Below the pieces are notes generated by a model that made no database searches, was not told where the DNA came from, and saw nothing but the letters and a program-made list of their open reading frames with translations. Positions 8,748 through 17,633 of a stretch of DNA of 64,000 nucleotides are shown piece by piece. The position numbers were made by a program, and so were the translations under genes. The DNA comes from Chloroflexota bacterium (lineage in GTDB: Bacteria; Chloroflexota; Anaerolineae; J036; Brachytrichaceae): the NCBI GenBank assembly GCA_023488685.1, contig JAMDDR010000084.1, positions 1,916 to 65,915 of the forward strand, written 5' to 3'. Within the stretch, counting starts at the first letter, position 1; every line of letters begins with the position of its first letter.

Positions 8748-11740
8748 AGCTGTTCATGATGCGTCGCCGAACAAAGATCACAAAGATCATCAATTACACG
8801 TTGCTTGTACTGGCTGTCGTGCTTGCTCTTGGCGCGTCTTCGCTCGTGCCGCTGTCCACCCGTGCGCAGACGGCGACGCCGCCGCCTACCTACGCCAAAA
8901 CCATTGCAGCGCTCATCAAAGGCATGAGTGTTAACCAGAAAGTCGGGCAACTTTTCCTGGTTAGTTTTCCGGGCGAGGACACCGCACCCAATAGCGATAT
9001 TGCCGACCTCATTGTCAACTACCGTGTTGGCGGGGTGTTGTTGCGCGCTGCCAACCAAAATATCACGAATTCGCCTGAAGGTCCACAGCAACTCGCGGAA
9101 CTTACGAGCCGGCTACAGTCACTTGCACTGATGACGCAGACTGTTGCGTCGAGTGCGCCCACGGTGACGCCTACAACCCAGGGATCGACGAAGGCATTGC
9201 CACCCGAGGTGGGATTCATCCCGCTTTTCATCGCTATGTCACAGGAAGGGGATGGCGCACCCTATACTGAGGTCACGCAAGGCGTTACGCCCATCCCCAG
9301 CCAGCTTGCTATTGGCGCTAGCTGGCAAGTAGAGAATGCGAATGTTGTTGGACAGGTGGTTGGGCGTGAGCTATCGTTGATGGGTGTGAATGTCTTGTTG
9401 GGACCCGTCTTGGATGTGTCGGACTCCCCGAAGCCGACCACGCCGGGCGATGCCGGCACACGGGTCTTCGGCGGCGATCCGTACTGGGTCGGTAAGTTTG
9501 GCGGGGCTTATATCAGCGGGGTTCACACCGGCAGTAACAACCGCGTTGCCGTCGTCGCCACCCGTTTCCCCGGACTGGGTTCATCAGATCGCAGTGTCGA
9601 CGACGAGATCCCCACGGTGCAAAAGTCGTTGGAACAGCTCAAGCAGATCGAGCTGGCTCCATTCTTCGCCGTGACACAGCTTGACAACAATAACCCCGTC
9701 TCCAGCACGGCGGATGGGCTGTTGGTATCGCACATCCGCTATCGCGGCTTCCAGGGCAACATCCGCGCCAGCACACGCCCAGTGAGCCTGGATCCACAAG
9801 CCTACCAGGCGCTAATGTCGTTGCCCGAAATTGCACCCTGGCGTGCGGCCGGCGGGGTTACTTTTAGCGACGCACTGGGTGTGCGCGGGGTGCGGCGTTT
9901 CTACGATCCGTTGGATAACACCTTTAACGCGCGGCGTGTGGCACACGAAGCATTCATGGCCGGCAACGACGTGCTGGTGTTGGGCAATTTTGGCCTTAAC
10001 AATTCCTGGCCAGAGCAACTGGCGAACATCAAAGACACCATCCAGTTTTTCCGCGAACGCTACGTGAGTGACCAGACATTTGCGGCGCGTGTGGACGCGG
10101 CGCTGGGACGCATCCTGGCATTGAAACTGAAGCAGTACCAGGGCACATTTACGAGCGCGACGGTAAACGTTGACCCGGCGCTTGCCGCGCAGATCGTGCC
10201 GAATACCGACGTCGTTTCTGCCATCGCGAAGGATGCTGTGACGTTGCTGTCGCCGGGGGTTCGTGAGCTGACTCCACTTGTGCCCGCCGCACCAGGTAAA
10301 GACGAATCGATCGTGTTCATTACCGACGACCGCCAGATCAAAGAGTGTGCGAAGTGTCCCTCGTATCCGCTCATCTCACGCACGGCGCTGGAGGAGATTG
10401 CGCTTAACCTGTACGGTCCAAAGACTACGGGTCAACTGAACCCGCTGCGTGTCTCGTCGCTCACTTTCAGCGATCTCGCCGATTACACAGTACGAGTGGC
10501 GGCAGGCCCCAGCGCTACCGGGTCGCTGACGGAGACGGAAACCGCCACGTCGCTCACCGCGACCACCTCGGGTGTGACGGCGACGGCGACGGTGGCGCCT
10601 CCGCTGGTTCAGACGGCGATAGACCAGGCGGATTTGATCGTCATTGCCATGCTTGATCTGAGTACAGATGCCAAATCCGCCAAGATCTTTCGCGATTTCC
10701 TGGCGCAGCGAGCAGATGCATTGCGCGATAAGCGGGTGGTGGTGTTTGCGTTTGGCGCGCCCTACTACCTGGACACAACAGAGATCAGCAAGCTGACGGC
10801 CTACTTTGGGGTTTACAGCCATGCGCAGCCGTTCCTGGAAGCGGCTGTGCGCGTGCTGTTTGGCGAAATCCCACCGAATGGCGCCTCGCCGGTCTCAATT
10901 ACTGCGTTGAACTATTCTCTCTTGCAACAGACTGCCCCTGACCCAAACCAGGTGATTCCACTGAGCGCGGGCGATCTCATTACGACCACGCAGGTCAGTG
11001 AAGGGCTGCTGGAACTGAAAATAGGTGAAAAGCTGAAATTGCGCGCAGGCCCGGTGTACGACCGGAATGGCCACATCGTACCGGATGGCACGCCCGTTCA
11101 ACTCGTGTTAGCTTACCCGGCAGAGCGAGTGGAACAGCAACAACCGGCGGTCTCGACGCGTGACGGTATCGCAGAGACGACTGTGGTCATCGAGCGGAAA
11201 GGCAAGCTTGAGATTCGGGCGGTTGCGGAGCCAGCGCAAACTTCCTACGTGATCCGTGTGGATATCGGCGATAATGCGGCCTCCATTGAGACGATCAAAC
11301 CCACCGCGATGCCTACGGGAACACCGGAGCCGACAGCGACCGCAACTGACAAGCCGACTGCCGAGGCGACGAGCGCGGCAACGCCTGCAGTCACGAACCA
11401 GCCGCCTGCTCAGATCGTGCGGTCCAATATCGTTGGCTTTGTGGTTACGTCCCTGGCATTGGTCGTCATTGCGCTGGTGGCGATCCTCACACTGAACGGC
11501 ACCCGGCGCGTGAGTCTGTCCATGCGTTGGCGTCTGATACTGCTGAGTTGGAGCGCGGGTTGGATCGCCTATGTGCTGTATGCAACCGGGGTGCCCGGCA
11601 CCACTCAACTGGCATCCATCCTGGGGTGGTATGGCTCGGTGTTGCTGGCTGCTGTGATCGCACTCATCGTCTTACTGGTTGCGCTGGTGATTGTGATGCG
11701 CGCCGAAGAAGGTCCTGCAGAACCTATCGGTGGGCATTAG
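8744..11740 (+). CDS. glycoside hydrolase family 3 (NagZ/beta-hexosaminidase-like N-domain), N-terminal signal anchor and C-terminal multi-TM anchor
   Basis: 998-aa ORF with KVGQLFLVSF, GPVLDV and RFPGLGSSDRSVDDEIP (GH3 N-domain). A hydrophobic N-terminal segment is present. The C-terminus has a Pro/Thr/Ala-rich linker followed by 3-4 hydrophobic helices. Confidence 0.8.
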   Translation: MKLFMMRRRTKITKIINYTLLVLAVVLALGASSLVPLSTRAQTATPPPTYAKTIAALIKGMSVNQKVGQLFLVSFPGEDTAPNSDIADLIVNYRVGGVLLRAANQNITNSPEGPQQLAELTSRLQSLALMTQTVASSAPTVTPTTQGSTKALPPEVGFIPLFIAMSQEGDGAPYTEVTQGVTPIPSQLAIGASWQVENANVVGQVVGRELSLMGVNVLLGPVLDVSDSPKPTTPGDAGTRVFGGDPYWVGKFGGAYISGVHTGSNNRVAVVATRFPGLGSSDRSVDDEIPTVQKSLEQLKQIELAPFFAVTQLDNNNPVSSTADGLLVSHIRYRGFQGNIRASTRPVSLDPQAYQALMSLPEIAPWRAAGGVTFSDALGVRGVRRFYDPLDNTFNARRVAHEAFMAGNDVLVLGNFGLNNSWPEQLANIKDTIQFFRERYVSDQTFAARVDAALGRILALKLKQYQGTFTSATVNVDPALAAQIVPNTDVVSAIAKDAVTLLSPGVRELTPLVPAAPGKDESIVFITDDRQIKECAKCPSYPLISRTALEEIALNLYGPKTTGQLNPLRVSSLTFSDLADYTVRVAAGPSATGSLTETETATSLTATTSGVTATATVAPPLVQTAIDQADLIVIAMLDLSTDAKSAKIFRDFLAQRADALRDKRVVVFAFGAPYYLDTTEISKLTAYFGVYSHAQPFLEAAVRVLFGEIPPNGASPVSITALNYSLLQQTAPDPNQVIPLSAGDLITTTQVSEGLLELKIGEKLKLRAGPVYDRNGHIVPDGTPVQLVLAYPAERVEQQQPAVSTRDGIAETTVVIERKGKLEIRAVAEPAQTSYVIRVDIGDNAASIETIKPTAMPTGTPEPTATATDKPTAEATSAATPAVTNQPPAQIVRSNIVGFVVTSLALVVIALVAILTLNGTRRVSLSMRWRLILLSWSAGWIAYVLYATGVPGTTQLASILGWYGSVLLAAVIALIVLLVALVIVMRAEEGPAEPIGGH

Positions 11741-11783
11741 GTGGTTATACCACTGTCAAGGGCTTCTAAACGAGGTTATAGCA

Positions 11784-12134
11784 ATGGGATTTCTCAAACG
11801 ACTCTTTGGCGGCGACTCTAAACCAGGTAGCCGCGGTAGTGACGCTGATTCAAATGCGATCATCTACTACGTAAAGGTGCGCAAGTGCGGCGCCATTGCA
11901 CGCGTGCGCGTGGATACTCGCAACGACCTGAGCCTCGACGATGATGGCGAGAACTATGTCGTGCGCAAACAGGTCGTTGACAACGTCTGTTACGGCATGG
12001 CCGAGATTGAGCTGCACTTCGATGTCAATCGTAAAGAACTGAGCCGTCACGTGGAGAACGGCGAGTTTGTGTCACACGAGGTGTGGGAACAGCAGGAACA
12101 GGAACGAAATGCCGCACGCTCTTCAAATGCTTGA
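11784..12134 (+). CDS. hypothetical small protein
   Basis: 116-aa ORF from ATG 11784 (MGFLKRLFGG...). No motif recognised. It is followed by a strong terminator. Confidence 0.45.
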   Translation: MGFLKRLFGGDSKPGSRGSDADSNAIIYYVKVRKCGAIARVRVDTRNDLSLDDDGENYVVRKQVVDNVCYGMAEIELHFDVNRKELSRHVENGEFVSHEVWEQQEQERNAARSSNA

Positions 12135-12219
12135 CGCGAGAGCCTGATCTTAGTCGCTGCTGCGAGGATTCCGCAAGTCCTTGACGGCACTTATCAGTTT
12201 GGTAGAAGGGGTGCCGTTG

Positions 12220-12259
12220 GCGAGACCATCACGAATAGATGTGATGGTCTCGCTTTTTT
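12220..12259 (+). terminator. rho-independent terminator
   Basis: Perfect 13-bp stem GCGAGACCATCAC / GTGATGGTCTCGC with an 8-nt loop, then TTTTTT. Confidence 0.75.
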
Positions 12260-12329
12260 GCGCGCGACGAATGGCGCTGGCAAGCCTGACGACGAAACGG
12301 GGTGGTCAGGCGCGTGCGATAATGATTGC

Positions 12330-13388
12330 ATGAATGATAGCCAGCCCGCCGCATTGATGCGACGTGAAATCTTCGAACAACCAACCATTCTTTCTCATTT
12401 GATCGACAGCGCTGGCGCCACACTGCGAACGGTAGCCGAACGTGCCAGCCAATGCGCATTCGCGGTGTTGGCTGCGCGTGGCAGTAGCGACAATGCCTCC
12501 ACCTATGGCAAGTACTTGCTGGAAAGCCTGGCCGGCCTGCCAACGGCACTCGCCGCACCGTCGCTCTTTACGCTCTACAGGCAACCGCCGCGCCTGGCAG
12601 GCGCACTCGTCATCGGTGTATCTCAGAGCGGGCAGTCAGCCGATGTCGTGGAGGTGTTACGGCAAGCCCGCCAGCAGGGGGCCATAACACTCGCAGTCAC
12701 CAACACGCCTGATTCGCCACTGACCGCAGCCGCCGAGTACGTCGTGCTGCTCAATGCGGATGTGGAGCAAGCCCTCGCTGCGACAAAAACGGTGACGGCC
12801 CAATGCGCCGTTTATGCGTTGCTGGCAAGTCTGCTGAGTCGCCGTGCCGATCTGTCCCGTGACCTTGCCTCCTTGGGGGAGCATGTTGACCGTATGCTGG
12901 CGCGAGAAGCCGATATTGCGGCGCTCGCACAGGGCTGGTTGACGGCTGAGCGTGCGGCAGTGATTGGACGCGGGTACAGTTATGGGGCGGCACAAGAAAC
13001 CGCGCTTAAGCTTAAGGAAACGTGCTACATCAGCGCCGAGCCGTACTCCGCGGCCGACTTCATGCATGGCCCATTAGCCATGATCGAGCGAGATTATCCG
13101 GTGTTGGCAATGCTCAACCACGATGCAACGCTTGACACCACGGTTGCATTTGTCGAGCGGGTGTGTGATAGGGGTGCAAAGGTGGTGGTATTCGCCACGG
13201 CTGAGGCCGCGCGATCCATATCACTGCCACATCAGGTCACTACGTTGCCAATCGCCAGTCCATCCCTGTGGTTGGCGCCGATCCCTTTCATCGTGGCCGG
13301 GCAACTGTTTGCAATGCATCTTTCGGTCGCGCGTGGGTATAACCCCGATGTTTCGCGCGGTCTGACCAAAGTGACTGTGACGGTATAG
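12330..13388 (+). CDS. double-SIS-domain sugar-phosphate isomerase/deaminase (GlmS isomerase-domain-like, no glutaminase domain)
   Basis: MRREIFEQP, ARGSSDNA and GVSQSGQSADV motifs. The C-terminal NPDVSRGLTKVTVTV resembles the GlmS/NagB-II/FrlB tail. The start was set to ATG 12330. Confidence 0.75.
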   Translation: MNDSQPAALMRREIFEQPTILSHLIDSAGATLRTVAERASQCAFAVLAARGSSDNASTYGKYLLESLAGLPTALAAPSLFTLYRQPPRLAGALVIGVSQSGQSADVVEVLRQARQQGAITLAVTNTPDSPLTAAAEYVVLLNADVEQALAATKTVTAQCAVYALLASLLSRRADLSRDLASLGEHVDRMLAREADIAALAQGWLTAERAAVIGRGYSYGAAQETALKLKETCYISAEPYSAADFMHGPLAMIERDYPVLAMLNHDATLDTTVAFVERVCDRGAKVVVFATAEAARSISLPHQVTTLPIASPSLWLAPIPFIVAGQLFAMHLSVARGYNPDVSRGLTKVTVTV

Positions 13389-13398
13389 AAAACGCCGT

Positions 13399-13443
13399 AA
13401 ACACCTGGCGCAGGCGCGTTGTTATCGCGCCTGCGCCAGGTGT
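13399..13443 (+). terminator. 19-bp perfect hairpin (probable terminator, no clear U-tract)
   Basis: AACACCTGGCGCAGGCGCG - TTGTTAT - CGCGCCTGCGCCAGGTGTT, immediately after the SIS gene stop. Confidence 0.5.
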
Positions 13444-13469
13444 TCATTCCCAAATATCTGTCTGCCTCA

Positions 13470-14813
13470 ATGGCCTATTTCGCATTTCGCAAAGGCATAA
13501 GGTACCTGCGCCAACTGGCTGGCCTGAATTATGCAGATGCGGTCGTGCTGCCGGACGCCCAACGCTCTTCCCTGCACAACATGTATCTGAATGGCATCTT
13601 CAGCAGCTTTTCAGATGGGGCGTCCGGGAGTTACACCAATGTGTTTATGGTGGCTTTGCGCGCGACAGACACCCAAATTGGGTTTCTGAACACGTTCACC
13701 CAGGCGTTGGCAGCGCTTGCGCCGTTGCCGGGCGCGCTGGTCGCTGAGCGCACGGGAGCTTACCGCGCGACTATCTTGTGGCCAAGCGTTCTTGCGCGTG
13801 TGGGCTTTTTATTGCTAGTCGCGTTGCCGCTGTTTCATATCGGCCAGCCGGTGATTGCTGCTGCCATCATCATCTTTTCACTCCGCTCTTTCCTGCTTTC
13901 CTTCGTCGGTGCTCCATGGGCAGCCGCCATGGGGCAGATGGTGCCCTTGCGGATCCGCGCGAATTACTTCTCGGCCCGGAATTTCGCTGGCGGGGTTGCC
14001 GTCATCGCCGGTACCCTGCTGGCAGGGCAAATCATCACTGTGTTTGGCTTTCCGTCTGGCTATCAGACCGTCTATCTGATGTCTGCATTGATGGGCTTTT
14101 ATGCCTCGTATGTATATGCGCGTGTGCCAGGAGCCGCCTACGGTTCGCTGGAAGGCCGCAAGCCTGCTGATCAAAACACCCAGCGCAAGGTTTCACTACT
14201 GGCGTTTCTCAGACACGGCCCATTTGCGCGCTTCGTACTGTGCTCGTGTGCGCTATCGTTTGCGGTAAGCGTCGGTGGCCCTTTCATTGCCCTTTACCAG
14301 GTGCGCGTGTTACAGTTTAACGCGGCCACGATTGGTGTGCTGGCATCGGCCGAGCTGGCGATGAACATCGTTATGCAGCGGGTGTATGGGTCGTTGCTGA
14401 TCCCGCGTTTTGGTGATTACCGCGTCATGCGCAGCCTGCGTTTCGCGACCGGGTTGGTCCCGTTGGCCTGGCTCTTCGTGCGTGATCCGATTGCCGGCGC
14501 ATTGGTGGGGGTTGGGGTAGGGGCAATCTGGTCTGGCCATGAACTGGCTAACTTCAACGGTCTACTTGAGATGACGCCGGAAGAGGGGCGAGCCAGTTAT
14601 ATCGCGGTTTACACCGTGTTGACGTCTCTCAGCGCAGCGCTGGGACCCGCGATTGGGGGATTGCTGACGGATGTGATTGGCTATCATCCGTTGTTCATCG
14701 CATCTGGTGTGTTGCGTATGCTGTCAGCCGTGTTGCTCGTGCTGCTGGTACGTGATTGGGCGACCAAGCCAATACCGGATCACAGCGTTAAAGAGGCATC
14801 TGAAACGTTGTAA
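13470..14813 (+). CDS. MFS-type transporter
   Basis: About 12 hydrophobic segments. The start was moved to ATG 13470 because the longest-ORF start (13419) lies inside the upstream hairpin. Confidence 0.7.
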   Translation: MAYFAFRKGIRYLRQLAGLNYADAVVLPDAQRSSLHNMYLNGIFSSFSDGASGSYTNVFMVALRATDTQIGFLNTFTQALAALAPLPGALVAERTGAYRATILWPSVLARVGFLLLVALPLFHIGQPVIAAAIIIFSLRSFLLSFVGAPWAAAMGQMVPLRIRANYFSARNFAGGVAVIAGTLLAGQIITVFGFPSGYQTVYLMSALMGFYASYVYARVPGAAYGSLEGRKPADQNTQRKVSLLAFLRHGPFARFVLCSCALSFAVSVGGPFIALYQVRVLQFNAATIGVLASAELAMNIVMQRVYGSLLIPRFGDYRVMRSLRFATGLVPLAWLFVRDPIAGALVGVGVGAIWSGHELANFNGLLEMTPEEGRASYIAVYTVLTSLSAALGPAIGGLLTDVIGYHPLFIASGVLRMLSAVLLVLLVRDWATKPIPDHSVKEASETL

Positions 14814-14823
14814 ACTAGACCCT

Positions 14824-15771
14824 ATGAGTTCGTATTTTGACGACGATGACACCTCCCTTCCCGGCTGGGCGCGCCCGCTGGGTAAGCAGGGTTATCGCTC
14901 ATTTCTAAGCCTTATCGAAGGTTATTTCGCCAATCGAAATATCGCTGTGGCGATTGACGACGAGGAGGGCTTAGTCAAGCCTGACCTTGGTAACTTCGCT
15001 TATAGCAGCACCTTTGGCTTACAGAATATCGCGCAGATTTGCCAGCAGGCTGATCGGGACGAGTGGCGCGATCTCATCGCTGCTCATTTTGATTCCATCT
15101 TTGAGGCCAAGGACGAGGATAATGCGTTACATATCCACATGGAAGACTTTGGCAAGTTGAAGTCGCAGTTGCGCTCAAGGCTGTATCCCGTCGATATTGT
15201 GAATCACGCGACCGAGATCATCCAGCGTCCAGGTCCTGAAGGTACGTTGGAGGTGCTTGCGCTTGATCTCCCCACAACCGTGCGAACGGTGTCACGCTCA
15301 GAAGCTGATGTGTGGGGGCTTGATCCTGATGACCTGTTTATGATCGGCCGGCAAAATCTGAAAGCGAAAGGGTTGTTGCGGCCGAATACGGTGCAACTGG
15401 AGCAGGGGACTACGCTCACCGTGTACACCGGCGACCCGTTTTATGCGGCCAGCCACGTGCTCATCATCGAAAACTATCTCCCCACCGATGCTGCCCATGG
15501 TGTACTGATCGGGGTGCCCAAGCGCGACATCCTGATCGTGCATCGAATTCAAAACATTGGCGCCATGGAGGCCGCCGGGGCGATGCTGCAGGTGATTGTG
15601 GGCATGCACCGCGATGGGCCGGGATCGATCAGCCCCTACCTGTACTGGTATCACGATGATGACTTCACGGTGCTGCCATATGAACTCGAAGATCAATCAT
15701 TGAAGTTTGTGCCGCCCGATGATTTCGCCGAGTTGCTTGAGGAATTGGAAGAACACGCGAGCTATTCCTGA
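14824..15771 (+). CDS. hypothetical protein, possibly DUF1444/UPF0354 (YtpQ-like)
   Basis: 315 aa from ATG 14824. The C-terminal half (DPFYAASHVLIIENYLP...GVLIGVPKRDILIVHRIQN...) resembles my recollection of B. subtilis YtpQ. The assignment is weak. Confidence 0.4.
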   Translation: MSSYFDDDDTSLPGWARPLGKQGYRSFLSLIEGYFANRNIAVAIDDEEGLVKPDLGNFAYSSTFGLQNIAQICQQADRDEWRDLIAAHFDSIFEAKDEDNALHIHMEDFGKLKSQLRSRLYPVDIVNHATEIIQRPGPEGTLEVLALDLPTTVRTVSRSEADVWGLDPDDLFMIGRQNLKAKGLLRPNTVQLEQGTTLTVYTGDPFYAASHVLIIENYLPTDAAHGVLIGVPKRDILIVHRIQNIGAMEAAGAMLQVIVGMHRDGPGSISPYLYWYHDDDFTVLPYELEDQSLKFVPPDDFAELLEELEEHASYS

Positions 15772-15880
15772 TTCAATCGATGAACATCACACCCGTTTAG
15801 CATAATGATTTGATTTGTATGCTTATCGGCAGGGCTGGTGTGCATACGGACGGGTGGAAAGACACTGCTGCTGCACTTAG

Positions 15881-16513
15881 ATGCTAAAAGTCATTCTTTT
15901 TGATCTCGATGAGACGCTTTACCCAAGGGCATCATCACTCATGCCAGCCATTGGTGCGCGTATCACGCAGTACGTGATCGATCGACTGGGGGTCTCTGCC
16001 GCACGGGCTGATGAACTACGCCGATCCTGGCGCCGGGCATACGGAACGGCATTGCGAGGGATGATCGAGGAGGGCTATGCCTTCGACCTGGATGATTACC
16101 TGCGGTACGTTCATGACATACCCCTGGATGGGGTGATCGAGGCACAGCCGGAGGTACGCGAGATGCTGTTGGCGCTGCCGTTGCGGCGTGCCGTGCTGAC
16201 GAATTCGAATATCGAACACGCAACGCGGGTGTTGCGGCATGTCAACTTGTTGGACTGTTTCGAGCGGATCATCGACATCCGCGCCTTGAAGTTCACCAAC
16301 AAGCCGGACCCCAAGGCGTACACGTTGGCACTGGAGATGATGTCTGTGCGTGCCGATGAAGTCATCCTGGTTGAGGACACACCCGTCAACACCAGACCGG
16401 CCAAACAGATGGGTATGCGGACAATCCTGGTGGACTGTCCGCCCTCTACTGATGCAGATGTTTGTGTGGCGAGACTACTTGAGGTGGGTGACTGGGTGAA
16501 GAAGCTTCTCTAA
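15881..16513 (+). CDS. HAD-superfamily hydrolase (pyrimidine 5'-nucleotidase/SDT1-like subfamily IA)
   Basis: Motif I ILFDLDETLY, a later LTNS, and a distal acidic motif VEDT. Confidence 0.75.
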   Translation: MLKVILFDLDETLYPRASSLMPAIGARITQYVIDRLGVSAARADELRRSWRRAYGTALRGMIEEGYAFDLDDYLRYVHDIPLDGVIEAQPEVREMLLALPLRRAVLTNSNIEHATRVLRHVNLLDCFERIIDIRALKFTNKPDPKAYTLALEMMSVRADEVILVEDTPVNTRPAKQMGMRTILVDCPPSTDADVCVARLLEVGDWVKKLL

Positions 16514-16547
16514 CCCTGTTCTAACCCTGTCTGTAACCCTCCAAACC

Positions 16548-17609
16548 TCAGCGCTTACGTACGTGGTACAGATAACGGCTGGATGTGGCAGTGGCTGGAT
16601 CAAACGGGGTCGTGCTACCCTCTGATTCGGCCATGATGTAATCGTACAGCGCCTGGTTTCCCTCGGCTTCGAATGCGGCTTTCAGTTCCAGGCCGATCTG
16701 TCGCTTTTGTTGCAGATGCCGATACGTCTCTGCGCTGAAATCCCACGTCTGGAAAGGCAAGCCACAGCGCATGAGGGCTGTCCCAAGAGGCGTGTTTTCC
16801 GGCAGCAGGCTCTCCCGCGGTGCCTGTGTATCCCACAACATATGTGAGTAAAACACGGCCATCTGCCCACCCGGCTTCAACACTGCCATGAGTGTGCGCA
16901 GTGTAGCGTCCAGGTCGTTTGGCATATACAGCGTATCGATCGAGAGGATGGCGCTGAAACTCCCGCTGGGGAAGTCGAGCGAATCCATGTTCGCCACCTG
17001 GAACGACAGGCAATGGCGTTTGTGTGCGGTGCGTGCCTGCGCCACAGCAATCGCTTCAGGTGAATAGTCGATCCCGGTAAATGATGCCCCGGTCCGATCG
17101 GAGACGTACTCGGCAATGAACCCGGCGCCGCAGCCTAGATCGAGAACGTGATCGCGCGAGTTTAGCCGCGTGACCTCGATCAGTTTATCCAGTTGTGCCA
17201 TGTCACTGAAGTTGGTCTGGCACAATGCTTTACCGTACAAGCGCTCACAGAAGGTGGCGTAAGCCCGACTGTGTGGGGCACTACTGTAATACTGTTTGTA
17301 CCAGTACCAGATGGGCGGGCGCGCGTCACGCACCTGGTTGGCAACACCTATTCCCTTGGGTGTGAGCACATAGGTGTTGCCCTGTTTGCTAATCAGGCCC
17401 TTTGCTGCCAGGTCTGGGTAGGCGCCAGCCCAATCAACCCGATAGCTTTTGAAGTAGCGTGCCGCCTCTTCAACTGTTTTTGGGTAGAACGTATAAAAGT
17501 TGTTGTTGGGCGTTTCCTTTGGCTGCGCAAGCTCGATCAGGACGATGAGCACCTGGATCTCGGCCTCGCTGTAGGTATCCATAATGTCTGTATATAGCGT
17601 GATCATCAC
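16548..17609 (-). CDS. class I SAM-dependent methyltransferase with an N-terminal wHTH-like extension
   Basis: VLDLGCGAGFIAEY (motif I) and LKPGGQMAVFY. Confidence 0.7.
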   Translation of the reverse strand: MMITLYTDIMDTYSEAEIQVLIVLIELAQPKETPNNNFYTFYPKTVEEAARYFKSYRVDWAGAYPDLAAKGLISKQGNTYVLTPKGIGVANQVRDARPPIWYWYKQYYSSAPHSRAYATFCERLYGKALCQTNFSDMAQLDKLIEVTRLNSRDHVLDLGCGAGFIAEYVSDRTGASFTGIDYSPEAIAVAQARTAHKRHCLSFQVANMDSLDFPSGSFSAILSIDTLYMPNDLDATLRTLMAVLKPGGQMAVFYSHMLWDTQAPRESLLPENTPLGTALMRCGLPFQTWDFSAETYRHLQQKRQIGLELKAAFEAEGNQALYDYIMAESEGSTTPFDPATATSSRYLYHVRKR

Positions 17610-17633
17610 GGTGCGCTACGCGTGCGGCTCTGA

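Noticed and set aside
8716-8934. Possible frameshifted continuation of the rhodanese remnant. The +1 frame reads ..NKDHKDHQLHVACTGCRAC.., superficially like ..DKDKPIVVYCRSGxRS.
   Set aside because: The Cys loop does not fit CxxGxR spacing. The same DNA encodes a convincing signal anchor for the GH3 protein in another frame, so the resemblance is most likely chance in Cys/Arg-rich off-frame sequence.
13419-13469. The longest-ORF start of the MFS gene at 13419.
   Set aside because: It lies inside the loop and right arm of the 19-bp terminator hairpin of the upstream gene. ATG 13470 is preferred.
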